From an uncultured Gammaproteobacteria bacterium (GTDB taxonomy: Bacteria > Patescibacteriota > Microgenomatia > Levybacterales > UBA12049): 64,000 nucleotides of DNA. Shown here piece by piece: positions 46,881 to 55,552 of this stretch (position 1 is the stretch's first letter; every line of letters begins with the position of its first letter). The stretch covers positions 8,685 through 72,684 of the forward strand of contig CAYOZJ010000004.1 of assembly GCA_964408485.1 (NCBI GenBank), in the 5' to 3' direction. Made by a program: the position numbers and the translations under genes. The notes under the pieces were generated by a model. The model was not told the DNA's origin. It worked only from the letters and a program-made list of their open reading frames with translations, and ran no database searches.

Positions 46881-48452
46881 ATGTTCAAAAAATTATTTAC
46901 CAAAACAAACCTTTTGCTCATAGGCATTATACTTCTCGCTTCATTTCTCAGGCTTTATAAAATCCAAGATTATTTGACATTTTTGGGGGATGAGGGACGG
47001 GACATGTTGGTTGTGTACAACATTTTGCACGGACATCCAACACTCCTTGGGCCAACAGCAAGCGTTGGAGGGTTTTTCTTAGGACCAATTTATTACTACT
47101 TCATGGTGCCATTTGTGTGGGTTGCTGGAGGTAACCCTGTTGGGTCGGCAATAATGGTCGCGCTTTTTGGCATTGCTACCGTGTGGCTGACGTACTTTGT
47201 TGGATCTAAATTTTTTAATACGCCTTCAGGACTTGTGGCTGCACTTCTCTACGCTGTGAGTCCTCTCATTATTACCTATTCAAGGTCTTCTTGGAATCCC
47301 AACCCAATGCCATTTTTTGTGTTGTCTCTTTTATACTTTTTGTACCTGGGATTAGAAAAGAAAAATTGGAAATATATTCTTTTCTCTGGAATATTTTTGG
47401 GGATCGCAATGCAACTTCATTATTTAGCAACGTTTGTTGGGGTTATTGTTTTTCTGTACATTCTTTTTGATTCGCTTTATGATTTGATTACGAAATCGAT
47501 TAGAGGTTTGGGCTTTATATATAACCTAACTATACGCTATACGCTATACGCTATTGGCTTTATTCTAGGGTGGTCGCCATTTCTCGCATTTGAAGCGCGT
47601 CATGGATTTAATAACATTCGGGCAATTGTTGATTTTATTTTTCACTCCAAAGAAACAGGAGGAGGAGATATGTATAACGAAATTATCGGCAATGTTTTCT
47701 TTAGAGTATTTGGGAGAATAGTTACCGCTTTCCCTCCACCGGAAAATGTTAATATTCATACTCATCCAGAACTTTCTGTATGGTTTTATGGGACTCTTGT
47801 CGTTGCCATTTTGTCACTTCTTCTCTTAGCATACCTTTTGGTAAAAAACCTTAAAAATAGAAATAAATTTTTGCAGTACAGTCTCCTTGGCTTATGGCTT
47901 GCAGGCGGAGTTTTTCTTTTTGGATTTTATAAAAAACAAATTTATGATTATTATTTTTCATTTTTATTTCCGTTGCCAATTCTTATAGTGGGTGCTGCGA
48001 TAGGATGGACATTTACTAAGAAAATTTGGGTGAAAAGCATTGGTGCTATATTGCTCTTAACGTTACTTATCCTAAATCTTATTAACGAGCCAATACTTCT
48101 TCCTGCAAATCATCAAATGCAACAGGTTGCAGGAATTGCAAGAAAAGTTTTTGATGAGGCGCATGGTAAGCCGTTTAACTTCGCATTAATAACAGGAGGT
48201 AATTCAGATCACGCATATAGATATTTCCTAACAATTTGGGGCAATCCACCAGTTACTATTTTAAATCCAGATGTAGATCCGAAGAGAAAGTCAGTGACAG
48301 ATCAATTGCTTGTTGTCTGCGAAGAGTTGCCATGTCATCCAGAAGGCGCATCACTGTGGGAGGTTGCGGGATTTGGTAGAGCGCAAATTGTAGGAGAGTG
48401 GAATGTGAGTGTTGTACAAGTCTATAAGCTGCAGCACTATACAGGGAAATAA
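46881..48452 (+). CDS. GT-C fold glycosyltransferase of the PMT/ArnT type (GT39/GT83-like), ~12 TM
   Basis: First-loop acidic motif LGDEGRD. Multi-TM N-terminal region with a periplasmic C-terminal domain. Follows the polyprenol-P-sugar synthase. Confidence 0.7.
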   Translation: MFKKLFTKTNLLLIGIILLASFLRLYKIQDYLTFLGDEGRDMLVVYNILHGHPTLLGPTASVGGFFLGPIYYYFMVPFVWVAGGNPVGSAIMVALFGIATVWLTYFVGSKFFNTPSGLVAALLYAVSPLIITYSRSSWNPNPMPFFVLSLLYFLYLGLEKKNWKYILFSGIFLGIAMQLHYLATFVGVIVFLYILFDSLYDLITKSIRGLGFIYNLTIRYTLYAIGFILGWSPFLAFEARHGFNNIRAIVDFIFHSKETGGGDMYNEIIGNVFFRVFGRIVTAFPPPENVNIHTHPELSVWFYGTLVVAILSLLLLAYLLVKNLKNRNKFLQYSLLGLWLAGGVFLFGFYKKQIYDYYFSFLFPLPILIVGAAIGWTFTKKIWVKSIGAILLLTLLILNLINEPILLPANHQMQQVAGIARKVFDEAHGKPFNFALITGGNSDHAYRYFLTIWGNPPVTILNPDVDPKRKSVTDQLLVVCEELPCHPEGASLWEVAGFGRAQIVGEWNVSVVQVYKLQHYTGK

Positions 48453-48526
48453 AATATTTAACCCATTCGATAAGCTCAGGGATAAAATATTTTTTCCTGA
48501 GCGAGCAAAGCGAGTCGAAGGATAAT

Positions 48527-48667
48527 ATGAACCCACAAGATTATAGTTTGAGAAAAGATTTACGAACTCAACTGTGTCCTGTCTGTACGTCTCCAATGGG
48601 TGATATGCCAGGAAGTAGAGATGCTTATTGTTCTAACTGCGGCTACAAAGATCCGTGTTGTGAATAA
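48527..48667 (+). CDS. 46-aa zinc-ribbon micro-protein (CPVC...CSNC)
   Basis: Two CxxC pairs. ATG sits directly after a family A-type repeat that supplies an AAGGA SD-like sequence. Confidence 0.4.
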   Translation: MNPQDYSLRKDLRTQLCPVCTSPMGDMPGSRDAYCSNCGYKDPCCE

Positions 48668-48672
48668 TTGAC

Positions 48673-48942
48673 TTAAAATCGTGGAGGAACTTTAGGTTTT
48701 CTTCTTAAGTTTGCCAATAATTCTCTTGCCGCTTTTACTTCTCGAGCAGTAAATCTTCCCAGTTCATCAGGGTGTTCATTGAGAGCATTAGCAATTTCCT
48801 GAGCTGATAATCGTTTCCTTTTTTCTTCGATATGGCGAGATCCAGAATTTTTATCAAATCGACCTACTGCCTTTATTTTCGTTATATAGAGCTCATTTCT
48901 TTCACTGGCAGATAATGGAGCTAAGGTATCACCTTTGCGCAT
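48673..48942 (-). CDS. Hypothetical 89-aa basic/helical protein
   Basis: ORF only. Confidence 0.35.
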   Translation of the reverse strand: MRKGDTLAPLSASERNELYITKIKAVGRFDKNSGSRHIEEKRKRLSAQEIANALNEHPDELGRFTAREVKAARELLANLRRKPKVPPRF

Positions 48943-48993
48943 ATATGCATTTTACCACAAAGGCAATCTATCTGAGTTTTTCCCATACAAAAA

Positions 48994-49030
48994 CCCCCGC
49001 CTTCAAATGAGAATTAGCGAGGGGGTTTTT
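48994..49030. terminator. GC-rich hairpin flanked by A5 and T5 (AAAAACCCCCGC...GCGAGGGGGTTTTT), bidirectional-terminator-like
   Basis: Seen directly. Located downstream of the minus-strand micro-ORF 49047-49190. Confidence 0.45.
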
Positions 49031-49046
49031 GATATGCAATTGGCGC

Positions 49047-49190
49047 TTATGCACCAATTTTAAACATGCCTGTGCCACAAACTGGACACTTAGCTTTCTT
49101 TGCATGTTTGCCGTTTTTCATAACGACATCTTCTGCATCTTCAACATCTCTCTTAGCTCGGCATTTTACGCAATACATTGTTACTGTCAT
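49047..49190 (-). CDS. 47-aa zinc-ribbon micro-protein MTVTMYCVKCRAKRDVEDAEDVVMKNGKHAKKAKCPVCGTGMFKIGA (DUF5679-like pattern) with a strong SD
   Basis: CxxC...CxxC, SD GAAGGGGGGTGAAATACC then ATG. Not in the ORF track because it is under 60 aa. Confidence 0.45.
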   Translation of the reverse strand: MTVTMYCVKCRAKRDVEDAEDVVMKNGKHAKKAKCPVCGTGMFKIGA

Positions 49191-49313
49191 GGTATTTCAC
49201 CCCCCTTCGCCATCCGTAACTTTAGTGTAGGATGGTTTCACTCCTTAATTTTTACTACTGTGTTGTCTGTTTAAGGTTCAGGCTTCGGGGGGCACGCCCC
49301 CTATTTCCCCATA

Positions 49314-49598
49314 TTAATATCTTACAAATCCTATTGCAAGCATATGGTGACTAAGTAAAAAATAAAAAAGGAGTTCTAATCCAACAATGATTATAGAAAT
49401 AAGTGCAGTTTTGCGTAAATCATTTTGCGCAATAGATATCGTATTTCCTGATTCTTGGGCTTGTCCAATAGATGGAGAAATGTTTTTTGCAGAAAAAACA
49501 TACGTTGGGGATGTATGGACGTGTTGGGCAGCAAGAGTTGCAGAATTCCTAACATCCGAAACCTTTTTCTGCGCCCTTGTCTTTTTGTGCTTAGGCAT
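49314..49598 (-). CDS. Small membrane protein (94 aa), basic N-terminus and one C-terminal TM
   Basis: ORF plus hydrophobic segment ALISIIIVGLELLFYFLL. Confidence 0.35.
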   Translation of the reverse strand: MPKHKKTRAQKKVSDVRNSATLAAQHVHTSPTYVFSAKNISPSIGQAQESGNTISIAQNDLRKTALISIIIVGLELLFYFLLSHHMLAIGFVRY

Positions 49599-49657
49599 GA
49601 TCTTCAGGCAGATTACACCATTGACAGCGAGCCTGTCAAGAGGCTACCATAACTAGT

Positions 49658-50140
49658 ATGCTCGTCGTTGCATTTGTTCTTATTGGTCTTTTAACTGTTT
49701 GGGTTGCTGTATTAACCTATTTCTTTTGGTCTCTCTCTGCTCACTACAATAATTTGGTCAAGACAACAAATAAAAAAACAATGCAGCAAGTCCTTGACTC
49801 ACTTCTTGCTGACATCGCTTTCGCAAAAAAGGATATTGCCAATCTTTCCAAAACGTGTGATACAATCATTGAAGAGGGTAAGTTTCATATTCAGAAAGTT
49901 GGTCTTCTTCGATTTAACCCATTTAAGGAAACAGGAGGAGATCAAAGTTTTATTCTGTCTCTCTTAGATAAGCAAGATAATGGTATTGTATTATCTGGAT
50001 TGTATTCCAGAACAGGAATGCGATGGTATGCAAAGAAGATAAAAGAGGGAAAGGGACTCGAGCATACACTCTCTGAAGAAGAAAAAGAAGCAATTAGACA
50101 AGCCCGTCTGCCAGACGGTCACGAAGTTGTTTCAAAATAA
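49658..50140 (+). CDS. Hypothetical N-terminally anchored protein, possibly DUF4446-like
   Basis: N-terminal TM then a conserved-looking LLRFNPFKETGGDQSFILSLLD block. Confidence 0.4.
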   Translation: MLVVAFVLIGLLTVWVAVLTYFFWSLSAHYNNLVKTTNKKTMQQVLDSLLADIAFAKKDIANLSKTCDTIIEEGKFHIQKVGLLRFNPFKETGGDQSFILSLLDKQDNGIVLSGLYSRTGMRWYAKKIKEGKGLEHTLSEEEKEAIRQARLPDGHEVVSK

Positions 50141-50141
50141 T

Positions 50142-51293
50142 ATGAATAAACGCATTGTACTTCTTATTGTCCTTTTTGTTGCATCTCTTGGATTGTCCTA
50201 CGTATTCTTCACCTATGTCTACCCAATCAAAAAGGCAATTGTTATTACTCCTCCGCAAAAGCTAGCATCAGGAGAATTGGGATTTGATGACTCTCTTCCC
50301 AAGACGCAGGCATGTCCTCTTAACGGCGCATTATATTCAACACAACAAGAAGCATGGTGGCAAAAACATGCTCCTTTGGGTGTTATGGTAGAAAATAGTA
50401 CTGATGCACGGCCACAATCAGGCTTATCCAGTGCAGATATTGTTTATGAAGCGGTTGCAGAAGGCGGAATAACACGATTTTTATCAATATTTTACTGCCA
50501 GGACGCAAAAATGGTTGCACCAGTACGGTCAGCACGAGTATATTATGTTAATTGGGTTTCGGAATACGGTCCATCGCCACTCTACGCGCACGTAGGAGGA
50601 GCAAATACACCAGGACCAGCAGATGCACTAGGACTTATTAGTAGTCTTGGATGGGATGGATACAACGATCTCAATCAATTTGCCATAGGATTCCCAACAT
50701 ATTGGCGTGATTACGACAGATTAGGTCACGAAGTAGCAACAGAGCATACGATGGTAAGTACCACAACGAAGTTATGGGATTTTGCTAAAACGCGTGGGCT
50801 CACTAACGTGAATAAGGACGGTGACAGCTGGGATACTAAATTTGTTAAATATAGCTTTAAAGATGACGCGCCTGTTTCTTCGCGTCCTGCAAGTCAACAA
50901 GTGCATGTCGATTTTTCTTTTGACTCAAGTTATTCAGTTGATTGGTCCTATGATAAAGCAAGTAATACCTATTTGAGAAAAAATGGTGGGTCTGCGCAAA
51001 TTGATTTGAATAATAAAAAACAACTTGCGCCAAAAAATATAGTTGTACTATTCATGCCACTTTCTCAAGTGAATGATGGGTATACGGATAATGAGCATAT
51101 GGAGTATGGAAATAAAGGGAGCGGAAAAGCGCTTATCTTTATGGATGGAAAAGAAGTAAAAGGTACATGGAGTAAAGCATCTCGAACAGCACGAACGCTT
51201 ATCTATGATAATGCAGGGAGTCCAATTGCATTTGATAGAGGACAAATTTGGTTTGAAGCACAACCATTGGATGGTGTTGTAACAGTTAAGTGA
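50142..51293 (+). CDS. DUF3048-domain protein (YerB-like extracytoplasmic protein)
   Basis: GVMVENSTDARPQSGLSSADIVYEAVAEGGITRFLSIFY resembles the DUF3048 N-terminal signature. Confidence 0.55.
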   Translation: MNKRIVLLIVLFVASLGLSYVFFTYVYPIKKAIVITPPQKLASGELGFDDSLPKTQACPLNGALYSTQQEAWWQKHAPLGVMVENSTDARPQSGLSSADIVYEAVAEGGITRFLSIFYCQDAKMVAPVRSARVYYVNWVSEYGPSPLYAHVGGANTPGPADALGLISSLGWDGYNDLNQFAIGFPTYWRDYDRLGHEVATEHTMVSTTTKLWDFAKTRGLTNVNKDGDSWDTKFVKYSFKDDAPVSSRPASQQVHVDFSFDSSYSVDWSYDKASNTYLRKNGGSAQIDLNNKKQLAPKNIVVLFMPLSQVNDGYTDNEHMEYGNKGSGKALIFMDGKEVKGTWSKASRTARTLIYDNAGSPIAFDRGQIWFEAQPLDGVVTVK

Positions 51294-51360
51294 TTACTCC
51301 TGCTCGTATCAAACATAATACTTGTTCAATTGTGCTATAATTATTTCGTAATCAATACCT

Positions 51361-51936
51361 ATGTTGGCAGACTTCATTACATCAAAATCTCGCGTTAAAT
51401 TACTCAACGTTTTACTTGCATCTCCTTATGACATGTTTCATGTAAGAGAGCTCGTGAGAAGAACGAATGATGAAATTAATGCAGTCAGACGCGAGCTTGC
51501 ATTTCTAGAGGGTAAAGGAATATTGAATAAGGAAAAGCGTGCCAACCGTGTCTATTATTATCTTTCAAAAAATTATCCTTTCTATTATGATTTACTTCGC
51601 TTGGCAGCCAAAACCACAGGATTGGGATCAGAAGTTATTAAAAACCGCGCAAAATTAGGTAAAGTAAAATATGCATTTATTTCCGGACGCTTTGTCAGGC
51701 GTCTTGAAAAACTTCCCGAAATGGTCGATTTCCTTATGGTAGGGACAATAGTTTTGCCTGAAGTAGCGCTTCTTGTGAGAAATGAAGAGGCTCGCTTAGC
51801 AACGGAAATCAATTATACTGTTATGACAGAAGAAGAATTCAATTTTAGACGCGAAAGAAATGATCCCTTTATAGCAAAGGTATTGGCAGGATCCCGAATT
51901 ATGCTCCTGGGGGATGAAGAGGCAATGCTTGCATGA
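51361..51936 (+). CDS. Hypothetical 191-aa protein with N-terminal winged-helix-like region
   Basis: MFHVRELVRRTNDEINAVRRELAFLEGKGIL looks like a wHTH recognition-helix context. The remainder is unknown. Confidence 0.35.
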   Translation: MLADFITSKSRVKLLNVLLASPYDMFHVRELVRRTNDEINAVRRELAFLEGKGILNKEKRANRVYYYLSKNYPFYYDLLRLAAKTTGLGSEVIKNRAKLGKVKYAFISGRFVRRLEKLPEMVDFLMVGTIVLPEVALLVRNEEARLATEINYTVMTEEEFNFRRERNDPFIAKVLAGSRIMLLGDEEAMLA

Positions 51937-53282
51937 AATCACTGCGATTGTTTTTTCTATTTGTCCTATGTTTAACACTTCTCGCAGTGTATATTGTTGT
52001 ACTTCCTATTACGTTTCCTAAGACTCCTCTTTTTAAGAATCTTCCATCAATTCCCGGAGGAATTCATATTCATGCAGGACCTTTGCAAATTGATCGTGAT
52101 TTTCCATTTCAGCGTGGACTTGATTTACAAGGTGGGACAAGCATAACGCTTAAAGCAGATATGGCAAAAATAAAATCAGCTGACCGCGATAATGCCCTTC
52201 AAACAGCACAATCTGTTATTGAAAGGCGTATTAATTTATTTGGTGTCAAAGAGCCTGTTGTCCAGACAAGTCATGTGAATGGAGATTACCGTATTATTGT
52301 TGAGTTGCCTGGAGTAAATGTCCAACAAGCAGTACAGCTAGTTGGTACAACAGCGCAGCTAACGTTTTGGGAACCTGTTGCTAGCAGCTCGGCACTGGCA
52401 GTAGATCCTAATTTGTTACCCATTGGAATTCCTCAAACCATTGGCCCTTTTGCTCATGCAACAGATTTAACAGGGTCAGATTTACAAAATGCAGTCGTTG
52501 TTTTTGACAATAAGTCAGGGAGTCCTCAGGTACAACTTACCTTTACGAGCAGTGGGACAAAGAAATTTGGTGATATTACGCAAAGAAATGTTGGTAAACC
52601 TATTGCAATGGTTTTGGATAACGTTGTTTTGGAAGCGCCAACAGTAAATGAAGTTATCTTAACAGGAGATGCTCTGATAAGTGGTGGATTTACCACGTCT
52701 ACAGCTAACCAACTTTCTATTCAGCTTCGCGCGGGGAGTCTTCCTGTCCCACTATCCGTACTCCAACAGCAATCGATTGGTGCAACTCTTGGAGAAGGGT
52801 CTTTGGAGAAATCACTTTTTGCAGGATTTGTCGGATTTGCAGTTATTGTTGTTTTTATGACATTTTTATATGGAAGATTGGGTGTTATTGCAAGTGTTGC
52901 ACTTGCTGTTTATACACTCATAACGCTTGCTGTCTTTAAAATGATTCCTGTCACGCTGACACTTGCTGGTATTGCAGGATTTATTCTTTCTATTGGTATG
53001 GCAGTGGACGCAAATATTCTTATTTTTGAAAGAATGAAAGAAGAACTCAGGTCTGGAAAATCCAGTAAAAGTGCAATAGAGCTAGGATTCTCTAGGGCAT
53101 GGACTTCCATTCGGGATAGTAATATTGCAACAATTATAACAAGTGCAGTTTTGTATTATTTTGGGACAGGTGTTGTACGAGGATTTGCATTTACCCTTGC
53201 AATTGGCGTTATTATTTCGCTTTTCAGTGCGATTAGTGTAACACGCACCTTGCTTAGACAATTTTATAACAAGGAAGCGTAG
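51933..53282 (+). CDS. secD: Protein-export membrane protein SecD
   Basis: LDLQGGTSITLKAD periplasmic domain motif and C-terminal 6-TM SSD-like domain. Confidence 0.9.
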   Translation: MKSLRLFFLFVLCLTLLAVYIVVLPITFPKTPLFKNLPSIPGGIHIHAGPLQIDRDFPFQRGLDLQGGTSITLKADMAKIKSADRDNALQTAQSVIERRINLFGVKEPVVQTSHVNGDYRIIVELPGVNVQQAVQLVGTTAQLTFWEPVASSSALAVDPNLLPIGIPQTIGPFAHATDLTGSDLQNAVVVFDNKSGSPQVQLTFTSSGTKKFGDITQRNVGKPIAMVLDNVVLEAPTVNEVILTGDALISGGFTTSTANQLSIQLRAGSLPVPLSVLQQQSIGATLGEGSLEKSLFAGFVGFAVIVVFMTFLYGRLGVIASVALAVYTLITLAVFKMIPVTLTLAGIAGFILSIGMAVDANILIFERMKEELRSGKSSKSAIELGFSRAWTSIRDSNIATIITSAVLYYFGTGVVRGFAFTLAIGVIISLFSAISVTRTLLRQFYNKEA

Positions 53283-53370
53283 ACCACGACTAATAAGTCG
53301 TGGATGAAGCGCTATAATAGCTAAACAGTGCGTTGAAAACTTTTGCCTTAAGCGAAATGTTTTTATTATC

Positions 53371-53715
53371 ATGAATAAAACAACAGTTCAAAAACTTATC
53401 GATGCGGTTGCTCTATTTCGAGATGAAAGGGGTTGGGGAAAAACAGCTAACCCAAAAAACATTGCAATTGCAACGAGTATTGAAGCTGCAGAACTTTTAG
53501 AACATTTTAAATGGAAAACAGATAAAGAAATAAAAGAATATGTTACTAAGTATAAAAAAGAAATAGAAGAAGAGGTTGCGGATGTGTTATTCAATACAGT
53601 ACTTATGATTGATAATTTGGGAATTGATATGGATACAGTTTTCTTTGAGAAAATCGAAAAGAATAAGAAAAAATACCCAATTGAAAAAGTGAAAGGAAAG
53701 AATCCATATCTATGA
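53371..53715 (+). CDS. MazG-like nucleotide pyrophosphohydrolase (YpjD-like) inserted between secD and secF
   Basis: EAAELLEHFKW and EEVADVLFNTVLMIDNLGID helices with EExxD/E pattern. Confidence 0.7.
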   Translation: MNKTTVQKLIDAVALFRDERGWGKTANPKNIAIATSIEAAELLEHFKWKTDKEIKEYVTKYKKEIEEEVADVLFNTVLMIDNLGIDMDTVFFEKIEKNKKKYPIEKVKGKNPYL

Positions 53716-54596
53716 ATATAATTTCTAAAAAAAATTGGTATTTTGCTTTGTCACTTATTGTGATTATTCCTGGTGTTATTTCTCTTCTTTTGTTTGGTCT
53801 TAGACTGTCAATTGATTTTAGTGGAGGGACGCGCATTACTTTCTCTCATGTTAGTAAGTCCAACGCAGTGGTGAATGCATTTAAGGCAAGTAACATAGAA
53901 GTTGCATCTGTTGGGATTAATGGTACAACAGTGACACTTCGGACAAAGCCATTAGATAGTAAGCAAAATAGCGTAGTACTTGCCGAAATTCAAAAAAATG
54001 ATTCTTCAGTAAAAGAAGACGAATTTGCAACCGTTGGTCCAACAATCGGATCGGAGACAACGCGTAACGCACTCCTGGGAGTACTCATTGCATCGCTTCT
54101 TATTGTTGGATATATTACGCTTTCTTTTAGGCATGTCAGAAAGCCAGCAAATTCTCTTCAATTTGGTATTACAGCAATTGTTGCCTTACTTCATGATGCA
54201 CTTGTCTTATTAGGAGTATTCTCTATTTTAGGTCATTTCTACGGCGTAGAGGTAGATAGTTTGTTTGTAACAGCAGTGCTCACAGTTATTGGGTTTTCTG
54301 TTCATGACACAATTGTTGTTTTTGACAGAGTACGTGAGAATTTACAAAAAATGCCATTTGCAAGCTTTGGAGAAGTGGTCAATGCATCAATTATCCAGAC
54401 GCTTGGAAGGTCTTTAAATACATCTCTTACGGTCATTCTTGTTTTGTTTGCGCTTTTATTATTTGGAGGGGATAGTACAAAATGGTTTGTTGTAGCACTT
54501 CTTATTGGTATTATTTCCGGGACCTATTCATCGATATTTAATGCTGCACCGCTTCTTGTGTTATGGAATGAGTGGAGTCAAAGACGTAAAGTGTAA
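53712..54596 (+). CDS. secF: Protein-export membrane protein SecF
   Basis: IDFSGGT motif and 6-TM domain. 4-nt overlap with the preceding gene. Confidence 0.9.
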   Translation: MNIISKKNWYFALSLIVIIPGVISLLLFGLRLSIDFSGGTRITFSHVSKSNAVVNAFKASNIEVASVGINGTTVTLRTKPLDSKQNSVVLAEIQKNDSSVKEDEFATVGPTIGSETTRNALLGVLIASLLIVGYITLSFRHVRKPANSLQFGITAIVALLHDALVLLGVFSILGHFYGVEVDSLFVTAVLTVIGFSVHDTIVVFDRVRENLQKMPFASFGEVVNASIIQTLGRSLNTSLTVILVLFALLLFGGDSTKWFVVALLIGIISGTYSSIFNAAPLLVLWNEWSQRRKV

Positions 54597-54640
54597 AAGT
54601 AATATTGTCACTCTGGTAAGCGATAGCGCATCCAGAATCT

Positions 54641-54937
54641 ATGAAACAAGGTTTTGTTTACATAATGGCTAACGATAAACCAGTTATATACACTGGGGTA
54701 ACAAGTAATTTGATTCAAAGGGTTCATCAGCATAAAAATCATTTGGTTCAAGGATTCACTTCAAAATATAATCTTCATAAACTTGTTTACTACGAAACTT
54801 TAAATACTATAGAGAGCGCTATTACTAGAGAGAAACAAATTAAGGATATGGATAGAAAGGATAAATTACTTATGATTGAAAAATTGAACCCTGATTTTAA
54901 AGACTTGTATGGAGAGATTCTGGACAAGCCAGAATGA
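54641..54937 (+). CDS. GIY-YIG nuclease superfamily protein (98 aa), flanked on both sides by family C palindromic repeats
   Basis: FVYIMANDKPVIYTGVTSNLIQRVHQH GIY-YIG core. Repeats at 54608-54640 and 54917-54960. Confidence 0.75.
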   Translation: MKQGFVYIMANDKPVIYTGVTSNLIQRVHQHKNHLVQGFTSKYNLHKLVYYETLNTIESAITREKQIKDMDRKDKLLMIEKLNPDFKDLYGEILDKPE

Positions 54938-54975
54938 CAGAACGCTCAGGCAAGATTTGTTTACGCTTTTCGCTT

Positions 54976-55434
54976 TTAATTTTTTGCTTGTAAGGCTTCT
55001 TTAACGAGTTTGCTTACCAAAGATCCATCTGCTTTTCCTTTTACTTTTGGCATAAGAAGTGCCATAACTTTTCCCATATCTGCTGGTGTACTTGCGCCAG
55101 ATGCGGCAACTGCTTCATCAACATATTTCTTTACTTCTGTCTCACTCATCTGCTCGGGTAGGTAGGTTTCTAAAATAGTAAGTTCTGCTTTTTCTTTATC
55201 TACTAAATCCTGTCTTCCGGCATTTTGAAATTGTTCTATGGAATCTTTTCGTTGTTTAATTTCCTTATTTATTACAGTCATGACATCTTCTTCTGTTGCT
55301 TCATATCCTGCGCCACCTTTTTGAATTTCATAGTAGGTTATACCAGAGAGGATAAAACGAATAACAGCAGTCCTTAGCTCGTCTTTGGCAAGCATAGACT
55401 GCTTGAGTTGGTCTTTCAGTTGTTGCTTTTGCAT
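54976..55434 (-). CDS. GatB/YqeY-domain protein. The ORF extends to 55515 through repeat-derived sequence, and the start is likely MQKQQLKDQ at 55434.
   Basis: C-terminal block [31 protein letters not shown] is typical of YqeY. Confidence 0.75.
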   Translation of the reverse strand: MQKQQLKDQLKQSMLAKDELRTAVIRFILSGITYYEIQKGGAGYEATEEDVMTVINKEIKQRKDSIEQFQNAGRQDLVDKEKAELTILETYLPEQMSETEVKKYVDEAVAASGASTPADMGKVMALLMPKVKGKADGSLVSKLVKEALQAKN

Positions 55435-55552
55435 AAAACAAGTATAGTCTTCTTGTTCGAGCTTGTCGAGAACTTCTCGGCTTCCCAGATTCGGGACTAG
55501 TGCTCGATTCAGCATTTTCCTCGCCGAGGTGGCGTTCGCCGAACCGCCGCAC

